Source: Escherichia coli (GTDB lineage: Bacteria > Pseudomonadota > Gammaproteobacteria > Enterobacterales > Enterobacteriaceae). From it: DNA of 64,000 bases. Below, one piece after another: positions 36,813-48,627 of this stretch. The position numbers and the translations under genes were made by a program. Under the pieces are notes generated by a model. It did not search any database. It was not told where the DNA came from and saw nothing but the letters and a program-made list of their open reading frames with translations. Each line of letters opens with the position of its first letter. Positions within the stretch are counted from its first letter, which is position 1. The stretch lies in NCBI RefSeq assembly GCF_030013205.1, contig NZ_CP122648.1; one strand, given 5' to 3'.

Positions 36813-36853
36813 TGCCGCCTTTTCCCCTCACCCTAACCCTCTCCCCAGAGGAG
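36813..36853. repeat. GC-rich palindromic intergenic repeat unit (possibly boxC family; name uncertain)
   Basis: cccctcaccctaaccctctccccagaggagcgaggggaccgatcg; near-identical units recur at 55990..56035 and inverted at about 56100..56140. Confidence 0.6.
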
Positions 36854-36893
36854 CGAGGGGACCGATCGCGCTCAATGTTGCGATCGGTTTGCC

Positions 36894-39092
36894 TTATCTC
36901 CTGCGCAACAATCTTAACGCATTCGCTGTTACCAGCACCGTCGCACCCGTATCTGCCAGCACTGCCAGCCACAGCCCGGTCATTCCTAATAGCGTGGTGA
37001 CGAGGAAAACGCCTTTCAGCCCCAGCGCGATAGTGATGTTCTGGCGGATATTGGCGTGAGTGGCGCGTGCCAGTTCAATCATTTGCACCAGGCCGCGCAG
37101 GTGGTTATGGGTTAATGCTGCGTCGGCGGTTTCCAGGGCCACGTCTGTGCCACTGCCCATTGCAATCCCAATAGCGGCGGCTTTCATCGCTGGCGCGTCG
37201 TTAATACCATCACCGACCATCGCCAGCGGCGCATGTTGATTCAGCTCGGTCACCGCTTTGACTTTATCTTCCGGCAACAGGCCCGCTTTAAATTCCAGCC
37301 CCAGTTCCCCGGCAATTGCCGCCGCTGCGCGTGGATTATCGCCGGTGAGGATCACTCCTTTAACCCCCAGCGCGTTAAGTTCACTGATAGCAGTTGCAGC
37401 ATCGGCGCGCAGGGTATCCTGCAATGCAATTACGCCAAGCACGTCATCGTTACGCACTACCAGCACTACCGTTTGCCCGGCGCTTTCCAGTTCATTAATC
37501 AAACCAGCAAATGCAACAGCCGGATGTTTTCCGGCAGCGCATATCAACACGCGCTCACCGTTAACCTGCGCTTCAATGCCAGACCCAACCAGCGCCCGCT
37601 GTGATTCGGCGGCGGGAATGGCGAGTTCAGCAACCTGTGCTTCGCGTACGATGGCTTGCGCCAGTGGATGCGTCGCGCCTTGCTCGACCGCCGCTGCCAG
37701 TGTCAGCAGTTCAGATTCACTAATACCCGTTGCCGGATGAATCGCGGTAACGCGCGGTTTACCGACGGTCAGCGTACCGGTTTTATCAAACGCCACCTGG
37801 GTAACACGACCTAGTTGTTCCAGCGCCGCACCGCCTTTAATCAACGCCCCACGACGCGCTGCTGCTGCCAGCCCGGAGGTAATCGCCGCAGGCGTTGAGA
37901 TAACTAACGCACACGGGCAACCAATCAGCAGCAGCGTCAGCCCTTTATAAATCCACTCTTGCCAGCTGGCGGCAAACAGCAGCGGCGGCACCAGCGTTAC
38001 CAGCAGGGCGACGGCCATAATCGCGGGCGTGTAGATACGGCTGAAACGGTCGATAAACCGCTCAATGGGGGCGCGGCGCTCTTCGGCTTCTTCGATCAGT
38101 TTCAGAATCCGGTCAATGGCGCTGGCACCCGGTTCTGACAGCACTTCCAGCGTTACCAGACGGTCTACGCTGGTGGCACCAGCAGGGACTTTATCGCCCG
38201 TTGCGCGCTCCACCGGAATGGATTCGCCGGTCAGGGCGCTTTCATCAAAACTGGCAAACGGTGAGAGCAGTTTACCGTCGGCAGGCAAACGTCCACCTGC
38301 GGCGACTTCAATCACATCGCCAGGGCGCAGGCTGTTAATCGCCACCTCTTCCCGCTCACCGTTACGCAGGCGCGTGGCGGTTTCTGGTTTCAGCGCCATT
38401 AACGCGCTGACCCCTTGACGTGCGCGGCTGGCGGCCCAGCCTTCCAGTCGTTCACCAATCAAAAACAGCAGCAACACCATCGCAGCTTCAGCCGTTGCGC
38501 CAATAAACAGCGCACCAATAGCGGCTATGCTCATTAAGGTTTCAATGGCGAAGTAACTGCCGGATTTGATCAGCCGTAATGCCTGACGAGCAATTGGGTA
38601 CAGCCCAACCAGCGTGGTCGCGATAAACGCCAGTTGACCGAACGGATGATTAAACTGCTCCAGCCCCCAACTGATTGCCATCATCACGATAAGCGCAATC
38701 AGCGGCAAATTCTCTTTCAGGCGTGATGCTTGCGGTTCGTCGGCGGCCTGTTCATCGCGCAGGGAATAGCCCGCTTTTTGCACCGCAGATTCAACCTGGG
38801 CACGGATGTCATTGTCGGCATCGACCACCAGTTTTTCGGTGGCGAACAGTACCTGCACCTGATTCACGCCTGCAAGCTGGCGCACGGCATTTTCTACCTT
38901 GCGCGCACAGGCGGCGCAGTCCATGCCGCTGACTTTCCAGCTATAGCGGGTGCCGGAGACGTTTTCAGAGAGCGTTGGCGTGCTGGAACATGCGCCGTCG
39001 CAGCAACAGTTGTTGGCGTTCTGTGCCGTGGTTAGCGGTTTGAACGCAGCAAAGTGAGGGGCTTTCTTGCCGTGATTGTCAGGAGTCGACAT
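36894..39092 (-). CDS. zntA: Zn/Cd/Pb-exporting P1B-type ATPase
   Basis: 732-aa ORF; N-terminal metal-binding GMDCAAC, CPC transmembrane motif, DKTGT phosphorylation motif. Confidence 0.95.
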   Translation of the reverse strand: MSTPDNHGKKAPHFAAFKPLTTAQNANNCCCDGACSSTPTLSENVSGTRYSWKVSGMDCAACARKVENAVRQLAGVNQVQVLFATEKLVVDADNDIRAQVESAVQKAGYSLRDEQAADEPQASRLKENLPLIALIVMMAISWGLEQFNHPFGQLAFIATTLVGLYPIARQALRLIKSGSYFAIETLMSIAAIGALFIGATAEAAMVLLLFLIGERLEGWAASRARQGVSALMALKPETATRLRNGEREEVAINSLRPGDVIEVAAGGRLPADGKLLSPFASFDESALTGESIPVERATGDKVPAGATSVDRLVTLEVLSEPGASAIDRILKLIEEAEERRAPIERFIDRFSRIYTPAIMAVALLVTLVPPLLFAASWQEWIYKGLTLLLIGCPCALVISTPAAITSGLAAAARRGALIKGGAALEQLGRVTQVAFDKTGTLTVGKPRVTAIHPATGISESELLTLAAAVEQGATHPLAQAIVREAQVAELAIPAAESQRALVGSGIEAQVNGERVLICAAGKHPAVAFAGLINELESAGQTVVLVVRNDDVLGVIALQDTLRADAATAISELNALGVKGVILTGDNPRAAAAIAGELGLEFKAGLLPEDKVKAVTELNQHAPLAMVGDGINDAPAMKAAAIGIAMGSGTDVALETADAALTHNHLRGLVQMIELARATHANIRQNITIALGLKGVFLVTTLLGMTGLWLAVLADTGATVLVTANALRLLRRR

Positions 39093-39134
39093 GGCATCCT
39101 CCGGTTAAGTTTTTTCTCATTAACCGAAGGATAC

Positions 39135-39156
39135 ACTCTGGAGTCGACTCCAGAGT
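39135..39156 (-). promoter_or_regulatory. ZntR (MerR-type) operator within the zntA promoter
   Basis: Perfect 22-bp palindrome actctggagtcgactccagagt between a TTGACT -35 and a TATCCT -10 separated by 20 bp on the minus strand. Confidence 0.8.
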
Positions 39157-39165
39157 CAAGTTTTA

Positions 39166-39792
39166 TCAGAGATACAGCGAGCGGACGATCAGGAAGTGAC
39201 CGGCAAAGTAGCAGGCCGCAGCAATCGCGTTATCCGCACGGAAGCGTCGGCGATAGTGGCTCCCCAGCCAGACAAAGTTACTGATAAACAGCAACGAAGC
39301 GCCAACAAACGCAGAGAGCGCCGGAGCGGTCGGACGGAAGAACCACAGTTCACCTGCCAGCCACACCATCACCAGCGTCATGCCGATAAACGTGCAGATA
39401 GGCCAACGGTACTCTTCCAGCCGCGTCCAGATAATCGCCAGTAACAGCGCCCCCAGAACCAGCAACACCAGTGGCAGAGGCCAGAAGAAAGAGAGCGTCA
39501 TCTGACTGGCGAAATAGATGGAGTACAGCAGGTGCGAGAGGAAAAACGCGCCGATGGCGTACATCAGACGTTGACGTGGCAACAGGGTTAGCGCATCGCC
39601 CAGCAGTGAGGCGCACAGCCCCGCCAGCACCAGATAGCTAATGGCGTCGAACATCGGCGCTTGCCAGGCCAGTAACAGCAGGAGAAGAAGGGTTAACGGT
39701 TTAAACACCCAGCGTTGCCAGGTTGGCCCACGATACGATGCATCCACAGATAGCCATGCGGAAAGACAGACAGCGATAAACGACCAAAGCAT
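39166..39792 (-). CDS. yhhN: YhhN/TMEM86-family membrane protein
   Basis: 208-aa hydrophobic ORF matching YhhN as recalled. Confidence 0.85.
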   Translation of the reverse strand: MLWSFIAVCLSAWLSVDASYRGPTWQRWVFKPLTLLLLLLLAWQAPMFDAISYLVLAGLCASLLGDALTLLPRQRLMYAIGAFFLSHLLYSIYFASQMTLSFFWPLPLVLLVLGALLLAIIWTRLEEYRWPICTFIGMTLVMVWLAGELWFFRPTAPALSAFVGASLLFISNFVWLGSHYRRRFRADNAIAAACYFAGHFLIVRSLYL

Positions 39793-39932
39793 CTTAGTTC
39801 CTTGAATTCGTTATTTTTTCGTAAGCGGAATGCCTACGGTCTTGCTTCCAGTTTAGTGGCGAGGGTGGACGGATGACAACACCATAACTGGCAGGGTATG
39901 CTTAATTCCGCATTTTCCGATGAGGGATAAAG

Positions 39933-40292
39933 ATGAGCAAACCACCTCTTTTCTTTATTGTTATCATTGGCTTAATCATCGTCGCCGCATCGTTTCGTTT
40001 TATGCAACAACGACGGGAAAAAGCTGATAATGATATGGCTCCGCTCCAGCAAAAGCTGGTGGTGGTGAGCAACAAGCGGGAAAAACCGATTAACGATCGC
40101 CGTTCGCGCCAGCAGGAAGTAACTCCGGCAGGCACCAGTATGCGCTATGAGGCAAGCTTCAAACCGCAAAGCGGAGGAATGGAGCAGACGTTTCGCCTCG
40201 ACGCCCAGCAGTACCACGCCCTGACAGTGGGCGATAAAGGTACGCTGAGCTATAAAGGAACGCGCTTTGTCAGCTTTGTTGGCGAACAATAA
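39933..40292 (+). CDS. yhhM: DUF2500-family protein
   Basis: 119-aa ORF with N-terminal TM segment. Confidence 0.82.
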   Translation: MSKPPLFFIVIIGLIIVAASFRFMQQRREKADNDMAPLQQKLVVVSNKREKPINDRRSRQQEVTPAGTSMRYEASFKPQSGGMEQTFRLDAQQYHALTVGDKGTLSYKGTRFVSFVGEQ

Positions 40293-40294
40293 GG

Positions 40295-40567
40295 TTATTT
40301 TTTAACTTTAAATTTCTTCTGCCAGACCAGCAGTTCAAACACGCCGAAAAGGAAAATCCGCACCTTTTCGGCGGTGGTCATCTGCGGGCCATCTTTCGGT
40401 AAAGTGGATTTCAATAGCGCCAGCTGCATACCATGCATCAGCACGGTAAAAATCAGCGCCACGTTAACGAAAATATTCAGCGGACGTGGGAAGGGATGCA
40501 CCAGGTTGAGGATTAAAAATCCCCAAACACAGAGCATTAACAAACGACCAATATTAATCAGCATCAC
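40295..40567 (-). CDS. yhhL: DUF1145-family small membrane protein
   Basis: 90-aa hydrophobic ORF; its start overlaps the rsmD stop. Confidence 0.8.
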   Translation of the reverse strand: MMLINIGRLLMLCVWGFLILNLVHPFPRPLNIFVNVALIFTVLMHGMQLALLKSTLPKDGPQMTTAEKVRIFLFGVFELLVWQKKFKVKK

Positions 40568-41150
40568 TTTCTCCTTGTGCTTCGCGTTGATACAGCCGAT
40601 AAGCTACCTGACCCGCCACTTTTTCCCGATGTAATGACCAGTTCGCCGGAACGGTGGGCAGACCGTTTTCGACTTCGCTTTCGACATAAATCAGGGCTTC
40701 GTCAGCCAGCCAGCCGTTATCTTCCAGTAAATTTATCGTCTCTTCTAACAAGCCACGGCGGAACGGTGGATCGACAAACACGATATTATGCGGTGTGCCT
40801 TTTTGCGCCAGGAATGACATCGCGTTGCTGTTCACCACGCGTGCATTGCCTGCTTTTAGTGTCGCCAGATTCTTAATTAACTGCTGAGAAACCGCGCGAT
40901 CCATCTCAATCAACGTGGCCCCCGCAGCGTAGCGCGATAACGCTTCCAGCCCCAGCGCGCCGCTCCCGGCGAAGCAATCCAGACATTGGGCGTCAACAAT
41001 GACCGGAGCCAGCCAGTTAAACAACGTTTCGCGTACGCGGTCGGTGGTGGGGCGCAGACCTGGGCTATCAGGAACCGGGAGTTTACGGCCTCGCCACTGC
41101 CCGCCAATAATGCGGATTTGGCCGCTGCCGGAATGATTCGGTTTTTTCAT
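40554..41150 (-). CDS. rsmD: 16S rRNA m2G966 methyltransferase
   Basis: 198-aa ORF with SAM-binding motif (LDCFAGSGALG) and DPPF motif. Confidence 0.92.
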   Translation of the reverse strand: MKKPNHSGSGQIRIIGGQWRGRKLPVPDSPGLRPTTDRVRETLFNWLAPVIVDAQCLDCFAGSGALGLEALSRYAAGATLIEMDRAVSQQLIKNLATLKAGNARVVNSNAMSFLAQKGTPHNIVFVDPPFRRGLLEETINLLEDNGWLADEALIYVESEVENGLPTVPANWSLHREKVAGQVAYRLYQREAQGESDAD

Positions 41151-41299
41151 GATAAATTGCTCAATCCGCCAGATAACACATACTTGCAGGCGGTGATGTG
41201 AATTAAGTTAAGTGATAGACTATTTCATCATTTTTTTAGCTGCTATGTACATAGCGTTAACGCTGTGCCATGAAGCAACAGCGAGGAGTGTAGTCGCAA

Positions 41300-42796
41300 A
41301 TGGCGAAAGAAAAAAAACGTGGCTTTTTTTCCTGGCTGGGCTTTGGTCAAAAAGAGCAGCCCCCGGGAAAAGAGACAGAAGTTCAGAATGAACAACCGGT
41401 TGTAGAAGAAATCGTTCCGGCGCAAGAGCCTGCGAAGGCTTCTGAACACGCCGTTGAAGAGCAGCCGCAGGCGCATACTGAGGCCGAGGCGGAAACTTTT
41501 GCTGCCGACGTTGTGGAAGTCACTGAACAGGTTGCTGAAAGTGAAAAAGCGCAGCCTGAAGCGGAAGTCGTTGCACAGCCGGAACCGGTCGTAGAAGAAA
41601 CGCCGGAGCCAGTGGCTATCGAGCGTGAAGAGCTGCCGTTGCCGGAAGACGTCAACGCCGAAGAGGTTTCGCCAGAAGAGTGGCAGGCCGAAGCGGAAAC
41701 CGTAGAGATTGTCGAAGCGGCGGAAGAAGAAGCGGCTAAAGAAGAAATCACCGATGAAGAGCTGGAAGCACAGGCGCTGGCTGCCGAAGCAGCAGAAGAG
41801 GCGGTGATGGTGGTTCCTCCGGCAGAAGAAGAGCAGCCGGTGGAAGAAATCGCTCAGGAGCAGGAAAAACCGACCAAAGAAGGTTTCTTCGCGCGCCTGA
41901 AACGCAGCCTGTTAAAAACCAAAGAAAATCTCGGTTCCGGATTTATCAGCCTGTTCCGCGGTAAAAAAATCGACGATGATCTGTTTGAGGAGCTGGAAGA
42001 GCAGCTGTTGATCGCCGATGTGGGCGTGGAAACCACACGTAAAATTATCACCAATCTGACGGAAGGCGCATCCCGCAAGCAGCTTCGTGATGCCGAGGCG
42101 CTCTATGGCCTGCTGAAAGAAGAGATGGGTGAGATTCTGGCGAAAGTCGATGAGCCGCTGAATGTTGAAGGCAAAGCGCCGTTTGTGATCCTGATGGTGG
42201 GCGTCAACGGTGTGGGTAAAACCACGACGATTGGTAAGCTGGCACGTCAGTTTGAGCAGCAGGGTAAATCGGTGATGCTGGCGGCGGGCGATACTTTCCG
42301 TGCAGCAGCGGTTGAGCAGCTTCAGGTCTGGGGTCAGCGCAACAATATTCCGGTGATTGCCCAGCATACCGGGGCGGATTCCGCCTCTGTTATCTTCGAC
42401 GCCATTCAGGCAGCTAAAGCGCGTAATATCGACGTCCTGATTGCCGATACCGCCGGACGCCTGCAGAACAAATCGCACCTGATGGAAGAGTTGAAGAAAA
42501 TCGTCCGCGTGATGAAGAAACTCGACGTTGAAGCGCCGCATGAAGTTATGCTGACTATCGATGCCAGCACCGGGCAGAACGCGGTAAGCCAGGCCAAACT
42601 GTTCCATGAAGCCGTTGGTTTAACCGGCATCACGCTAACGAAACTGGACGGCACGGCGAAAGGCGGGGTAATTTTCTCGGTGGCTGACCAGTTTGGTATC
42701 CCTATCCGCTACATTGGTGTCGGCGAACGTATTGAGGATTTGCGTCCGTTTAAGGCGGACGACTTTATAGAGGCACTTTTTGCCCGAGAGGATTAA
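41300..42796 (+). CDS. ftsY: signal recognition particle receptor FtsY
   Basis: 498-aa ORF: acidic low-complexity N-terminal domain followed by NG GTPase domain (GVNGVGKTTT, DTAGR, TKLD). Confidence 0.95.
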   Translation: MAKEKKRGFFSWLGFGQKEQPPGKETEVQNEQPVVEEIVPAQEPAKASEHAVEEQPQAHTEAEAETFAADVVEVTEQVAESEKAQPEAEVVAQPEPVVEETPEPVAIEREELPLPEDVNAEEVSPEEWQAEAETVEIVEAAEEEAAKEEITDEELEAQALAAEAAEEAVMVVPPAEEEQPVEEIAQEQEKPTKEGFFARLKRSLLKTKENLGSGFISLFRGKKIDDDLFEELEEQLLIADVGVETTRKIITNLTEGASRKQLRDAEALYGLLKEEMGEILAKVDEPLNVEGKAPFVILMVGVNGVGKTTTIGKLARQFEQQGKSVMLAAGDTFRAAAVEQLQVWGQRNNIPVIAQHTGADSASVIFDAIQAAKARNIDVLIADTAGRLQNKSHLMEELKKIVRVMKKLDVEAPHEVMLTIDASTGQNAVSQAKLFHEAVGLTGITLTKLDGTAKGGVIFSVADQFGIPIRYIGVGERIEDLRPFKADDFIEALFARED

Positions 42797-42798
42797 CA

Positions 42799-43467
42799 AT
42801 GATTCGCTTTGAACATGTCAGCAAGGCTTATCTCGGTGGGAGACAGGCGCTGCAGGGCGTTACGTTCCATATGCAGCCGGGTGAGATGGCGTTTCTGACC
42901 GGTCATTCCGGCGCAGGGAAAAGTACCCTCCTGAAGCTGATCTGTGGGATTGAGCGGCCCAGCGCCGGGAAAATCTGGTTTAGCGGCCATGACATCACGC
43001 GTCTGAAAAACCGTGAAGTTCCGTTTCTGCGCCGCCAGATTGGCATGATTTTCCAGGATCACCATCTACTGATGGACCGTACTGTCTATGATAACGTGGC
43101 GATCCCGCTGATTATCGCCGGTGCCAGCGGTGACGATATTCGTCGTCGTGTATCGGCGGCGCTGGATAAAGTCGGGCTACTGGACAAAGCGAAGAACTTC
43201 CCTATTCAGCTTTCGGGCGGTGAACAACAACGTGTTGGCATTGCCCGCGCGGTGGTGAACAAGCCCGCGGTACTGCTGGCGGACGAACCAACTGGTAACC
43301 TGGACGACGCGTTGTCGGAAGGCATTTTACGTCTGTTTGAAGAGTTTAACCGCGTTGGGGTAACCGTATTGATGGCAACGCACGACATCAACCTGATTTC
43401 GCGGCGTTCCTATCGCATGCTCACCCTGAGCGATGGTCACTTGCATGGAGGCGTGGGCCATGAATAA
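42799..43467 (+). CDS. ftsE: cell division ABC ATPase FtsE
   Basis: 222-aa ORF with Walker [10 protein letters not shown] and LSGGEQQR. Confidence 0.95.
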
Positions 43468-44518
43468 GCGCGATGCAATCAATCATATTCGGCAGTTTGG
43501 CGGGCGTCTGGATCGCTTCCGTAAATCGGTCGGCGGCTCTGGCGACGGCGGTCGTAACGCGCCGAAACGCGCGAAATCCTCGCCAAAACCGGTAAATCGC
43601 AAAACCAACGTTTTCAACGAACAGGTGCGCTATGCCTTCCACGGCGCATTGCAGGATCTGAAAAGCAAACCGTTCGCCACGTTTTTAACGGTGATGGTTA
43701 TCGCCATCTCCCTGACGCTGCCCAGCGTCTGTTATATGGTGTACAAAAACGTTAACCAGGCGGCGACGCAATATTATCCGTCACCGCAAATCACTGTTTA
43801 CTTGCAAAAAACGCTGGACGATGACGCCGCAGCAGGCGTGGTGGCACAGTTGCAGGCCGAGCAAGGCGTGGAGAAAGTGAATTATCTTTCTCGTGAAGAC
43901 GCACTGGGCGAGTTCCGTAACTGGTCTGGTTTTGGTGGTGCGCTGGATATGCTGGAAGAAAACCCGCTTCCGGCAGTGGCGGTGGTGATCCCGAAACTCG
44001 ATTTTCAGGGGACAGAATCACTGAATACGCTGCGTGATCGTATCACCCAGATCAACGGCATTGACGAAGTGCGGATGGATGACAGCTGGTTTGCCCGTCT
44101 GGCGGCGTTAACCGGGCTGGTCGGGCGCGTTTCCGCGATGATCGGCGTGTTGATGGTGGCAGCAGTGTTTCTCGTCATCGGCAACAGTGTGCGTCTGAGC
44201 ATCTTTGCTCGCCGTGACTCCATTAACGTGCAGAAACTGATTGGTGCGACGGATGGTTTCATCCTGCGCCCGTTCCTGTACGGAGGCGCATTGCTGGGAT
44301 TTTCTGGCGCATTGCTGTCATTAATTTTGTCAGAAATTCTGGTACTGCGTTTGTCATCGGCGGTTGCGGAAGTGGCACAGGTTTTCGGAACAAAGTTTGA
44401 TATCAATGGCTTATCGTTCGATGAATGCCTGCTGTTGCTGCTGGTATGCTCGATGATTGGCTGGGTGGCAGCGTGGCTTGCCACGGTACAACATTTACGC
44501 CACTTTACGCCTGAATAA
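43460..44518 (+). CDS. ftsX: cell division ABC permease-like protein FtsX
   Basis: 352-codon frame [13 protein letters not shown]... overlapping the ftsE stop; the ORF-track start at 43433 is rejected. Confidence 0.92.
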
Positions 44519-44642
44519 TAAAAGCGTGTTATACTCTTTCCCTGCAATGGGTTCCGTAGCAGGGAAAGAGACCCCGTTGTCTCTTCCCGGTATTTCATCT
44601 CTATGTCACATTTTGTGCGTAATTTATTCACAGCGTTGCATT

Positions 44643-44669
44643 GAACTTGTGGATAAAATCACTGTCTGA
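44643..44669 (+). promoter_or_regulatory. candidate sigma-E promoter of rpoH (P3-like)
   Basis: GAACTT then 16 nt then TCTGA, matching the sigma-E -35/-10 pattern, about 95 nt upstream of the rpoH start. Confidence 0.55.
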
Positions 44670-44762
44670 TAAAACAGTGAATGATAACCTCGTTGCTCTT
44701 AAGCTCTGGCACAGTTGTTGCTACCACTGAAGCGCCAGAAGATATCGATTGAGAGGATTTGA

Positions 44763-45617
44763 ATGACTGACAAAATGCAAAGTTTAGCTTTAGCCCCAGT
44801 TGGCAACCTGGATTCCTACATCCGGGCAGCTAACGCGTGGCCGATGTTGTCGGCTGACGAGGAGCGGGCGCTGGCTGAAAAGCTGCATTACCATGGCGAT
44901 CTGGAAGCAGCTAAAACGCTGATCCTGTCTCACCTGCGGTTTGTTGTTCATATTGCTCGTAATTATGCGGGCTATGGCCTGCCACAGGCGGATTTGATTC
45001 AGGAAGGTAACATCGGCCTGATGAAAGCAGTGCGCCGTTTTAACCCGGAAGTGGGTGTGCGCCTGGTCTCCTTCGCCGTCCACTGGATCAAAGCAGAGAT
45101 CCACGAATACGTTCTGCGTAACTGGCGTATCGTCAAAGTTGCGACCACCAAAGCGCAGCGCAAACTGTTCTTCAACCTGCGTAAAACCAAGCAGCGTCTG
45201 GGCTGGTTTAATCAGGATGAAGTTGAAATGGTGGCCCGTGAACTAGGCGTAACCAGCAAAGACGTACGTGAGATGGAGTCGCGTATGGCGGCACAGGACA
45301 TGACCTTTGACCTGTCTTCCGACGACGATTCCGACAGCCAGCCGATGGCTCCGGTGCTCTATCTGCAGGATAAATCATCTAACTTTGCTGACGGCATCGA
45401 AGATGATAACTGGGAAGAGCAGGCGGCAAACCGTCTGACCGACGCGATGCAAGGTCTGGACGAGCGTAGCCAGGATATCATCCGCGCGCGCTGGCTGGAT
45501 GAAGACAACAAGTCCACGTTGCAGGAACTGGCTGACCGTTACGGTGTTTCCGCTGAGCGTGTGCGCCAGCTGGAAAAGAACGCGATGAAAAAACTTCGCG
45601 CTGCCATTGAAGCGTAA
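44763..45617 (+). CDS. rpoH: RNA polymerase sigma-32 heat-shock factor
   Basis: 284-aa ORF with sigma-70-family regions 2 and 4; matches RpoH as recalled. Confidence 0.96.
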   Translation: MTDKMQSLALAPVGNLDSYIRAANAWPMLSADEERALAEKLHYHGDLEAAKTLILSHLRFVVHIARNYAGYGLPQADLIQEGNIGLMKAVRRFNPEVGVRLVSFAVHWIKAEIHEYVLRNWRIVKVATTKAQRKLFFNLRKTKQRLGWFNQDEVEMVARELGVTSKDVREMESRMAAQDMTFDLSSDDDSDSQPMAPVLYLQDKSSNFADGIEDDNWEEQAANRLTDAMQGLDERSQDIIRARWLDEDNKSTLQELADRYGVSAERVRQLEKNAMKKLRAAIEA

Positions 45618-45636
45618 TTTCCGCTACTCAGCAGAG

Positions 45637-45670
45637 AACCCTGGATGAGAATCCGGGGTTTTTGTTTTTT
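45637..45670 (+). terminator. rho-independent terminator of rpoH
   Basis: Hairpin aaccctgg/atgagaat/ccggggtt followed by tttttgtttttt. Confidence 0.75.
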
Positions 45671-45888
45671 GGGCCTCTGCAATAATCAGTTTCCCCCTCC
45701 GGCAAAACGCCAATCCCCACGCAGATTGTTAATAAACTGTCAAAATAGCTATTCCAATATCATAAAAATCGGGTATGTTTTAGCAGAGTATGCTGCTAAA
45801 GCACGGGTAGTCATGCATAAAACGAAATAAAGTGCTGAACAACAACATCACAACACACGTAATAACCAGAAGAATGGGGATTCTCAGG

Positions 45889-46992
45889 ATGAATATAAAG
45901 GGTAAAGCGTTACTGGCAGGATGTATCGCGCTGGCATTCAGCAATATGGCTCTGGCAGAAGATATTAAAGTTGCAGTCGTGGGCGCGATGTCTGGTCCGG
46001 TGGCCCAGTACGGTGACCAGGAGTTCACTGGCGCAGAGCAGGCAGTAGCGGATATCAATGCTAAAGGCGGCATTAAAGGCAACAAACTGCAAATCGTAAA
46101 ATATGACGATGCCTGTGACCCGAAACAGGCGGTTGCGGTGGCGAACAAAGTCGTTAACGACGGCATTAAATATGTGATTGGTCACCTCTGTTCTTCATCA
46201 ACGCAGCCAGCGTCAGACATCTATGAAGATGAAGGCATTTTAATGATCACCCCAGCGGCAACCGCGCCGGAGCTGACCGCCCGTGGCTATCAGCTGATCC
46301 TGCGCACTACCGGCCTGGACTCCGACCAGGGGCCGACGGCGGCGAAATATATTCTTGAGAAAGTGAAACCGCAGCGTATTGCTATCGTCCACGACAAACA
46401 GCAGTACGGCGAAGGTCTGGCGCGTGCGGTGCAGGACGGCCTGAAGAAAGGCAATGCTAACGTGGTGTTCTTTGATGGTATCACCGCTGGGGAAAAAGAT
46501 TTCTCAACGCTGGTGGCGCGTCTGAAAAAAGAGAATATCGACTTCGTTTACTACGGCGGTTATCACCCGGAAATGGGGCAAATCCTGCGTCAGGCACGCG
46601 CGGCAGGGCTGAAAACTCAGTTTATGGGGCCGGAAGGCGTGGCTAACGTCTCGCTGTCTAACATTGCGGGTGAATCAGCGGAAGGACTGCTGGTGACCAA
46701 GCCGAAGAACTACGATCAGGTTCCGGCGAACAAACCCATTGTTGATGCGATCAAAGCGAAAAAACAGGACCCAAGCGGCGCATTCGTCTGGACCACCTAC
46801 GCCGCGCTGCAATCTTTGCAGGCGGGTCTGAATCAGTCTGACGATCCGGCTGAAATCGCCAAATACCTGAAAGCGAACTCCGTGGATACGGTGATGGGGC
46901 CGCTGACCTGGGATGAGAAAGGCGATCTGAAAGGCTTTGAGTTCGGCGTATTTGACTGGCACGCCAACGGCACGGCGACCGATGCGAAGTAA
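45889..46992 (+). CDS. livJ: periplasmic Leu/Ile/Val-binding protein
   Basis: 367-codon frame [18 protein letters not shown]... with signal peptide; the ORF-track upstream extension is rejected. Confidence 0.93.
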   Translation: MNIKGKALLAGCIALAFSNMALAEDIKVAVVGAMSGPVAQYGDQEFTGAEQAVADINAKGGIKGNKLQIVKYDDACDPKQAVAVANKVVNDGIKYVIGHLCSSSTQPASDIYEDEGILMITPAATAPELTARGYQLILRTTGLDSDQGPTAAKYILEKVKPQRIAIVHDKQQYGEGLARAVQDGLKKGNANVVFFDGITAGEKDFSTLVARLKKENIDFVYYGGYHPEMGQILRQARAAGLKTQFMGPEGVANVSLSNIAGESAEGLLVTKPKNYDQVPANKPIVDAIKAKKQDPSGAFVWTTYAALQSLQAGLNQSDDPAEIAKYLKANSVDTVMGPLTWDEKGDLKGFEFGVFDWHANGTATDAK

Positions 46993-47065
46993 TCATTAAT
47001 CGGCAACTTTGGGTTGCCGCCAAATTGCTAATATCGAGTACGTTGCTTCATGCCGGATGCGGCGT

Positions 47066-47822
<757 letters not shown>

Positions 47823-47926
47823 ATCAGCATACTTGTCCTTAGCCTTCTGCAGTGACAGCTGGTAGTACAGCGTGCTTCTGGCCAGCCCTGCAGCCTTTAA
47901 CAGGTCAGACTGGCAGTGTCCGCACC

Positions 47927-48457
47927 TCAGGCTCCGGATGACTTTCGTTTTTTCTCCAGCTCCTGGCGCTTTTTTTCCAGGAGATGCTCCTGCATGGCTT
48001 TCAGATATGCATTTTCTGCGCGAAGATAACGCAGCTCATTCTTCATCTCTTCCGGCGTCATGTTTGCCTCGTTTTCATGGGTATCATCAGAACGGGTCAT
48101 GCTTTTCTCCTTCCTGCGCCTGATAAAGGCCTCATTACCAGATTTGCGGTAGCCTTTTATCCAGTTTTTAACCGTGTTGTGGCTGGGAATGTTAAACCGG
48201 GCAGCTACCCGGGGTAGAGACTCAGAATGCCCGAGAGCATAAAGAACCACGCAAAGTTTATCTTCAGGAGAATAGCTACGCTTGTGTCTGCAATCCAGTG
48301 CCCGAGGACCGTGAAGAAGAAAAAGATTAATCCAGTGTGAGAGGCTGGTGTGAGAAAGTTGAAAGAGTTTTGCCGTAGAAATGATGCCTGCATGACCGGC
48401 CAGGTAATGATTTACAGCGGCAAGTTTTACTTCAAATGAATGTTTCATAAACTGCAC
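47927..48457 (-). CDS. insJ: IS150 orfA (InsJ), helix-turn-helix protein
   Basis: 176-aa ORF (alternative start 48448) matching InsJ as recalled. Confidence 0.9.
   Translation of the reverse strand: MQFMKHSFEVKLAAVNHYLAGHAGIISTAKLFQLSHTSLSHWINLFLLHGPRALDCRHKRSYSPEDKLCVVLYALGHSESLPRVAARFNIPSHNTVKNWIKGYRKSGNEAFIRRRKEKSMTRSDDTHENEANMTPEEMKNELRYLRAENAYLKAMQEHLLEKKRQELEKKRKSSGA
47969..47977 (-). promoter_or_regulatory. programmed -1 ribosomal frameshift site A-AAA-AAG of IS150
   Basis: Heptamer in the orfA frame (ctg gaa aaa aag cgc); shifting -1 here joins orfA to the orfB frame, which reads directly into MKQLIASIF... Confidence 0.7.
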
Positions 48458-48500
48458 CTTCAGATGTCAGATTGTGTCCAACATTTGGGGTGCAGTTCAG

Positions 48501-48600
48501 TAAACGCCTTATCCGGCCTACAAGATCCAAAGAAATCAGTAGATTGCAACACACGTTGTAGGCCTGATAAGCGTAGCGCATCAGGCAATTTCTCGTTGGT
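48501..48600. repeat. REP/BIME cluster (right half of the IS150-interrupted REP plus a second unit)
   Basis: acgccttatccggcctac ... gtaggcctgataagcgtagcgcatcaggc. Confidence 0.8.
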
Positions 48601-48627
48601 CATCACTTTGGAAATCAAACTTTACGA

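Noticed and set aside
41912-42607. 231-aa minus-strand ORF inside ftsY
   Set aside because: Antisense to the essential ftsY GTPase domain; spurious
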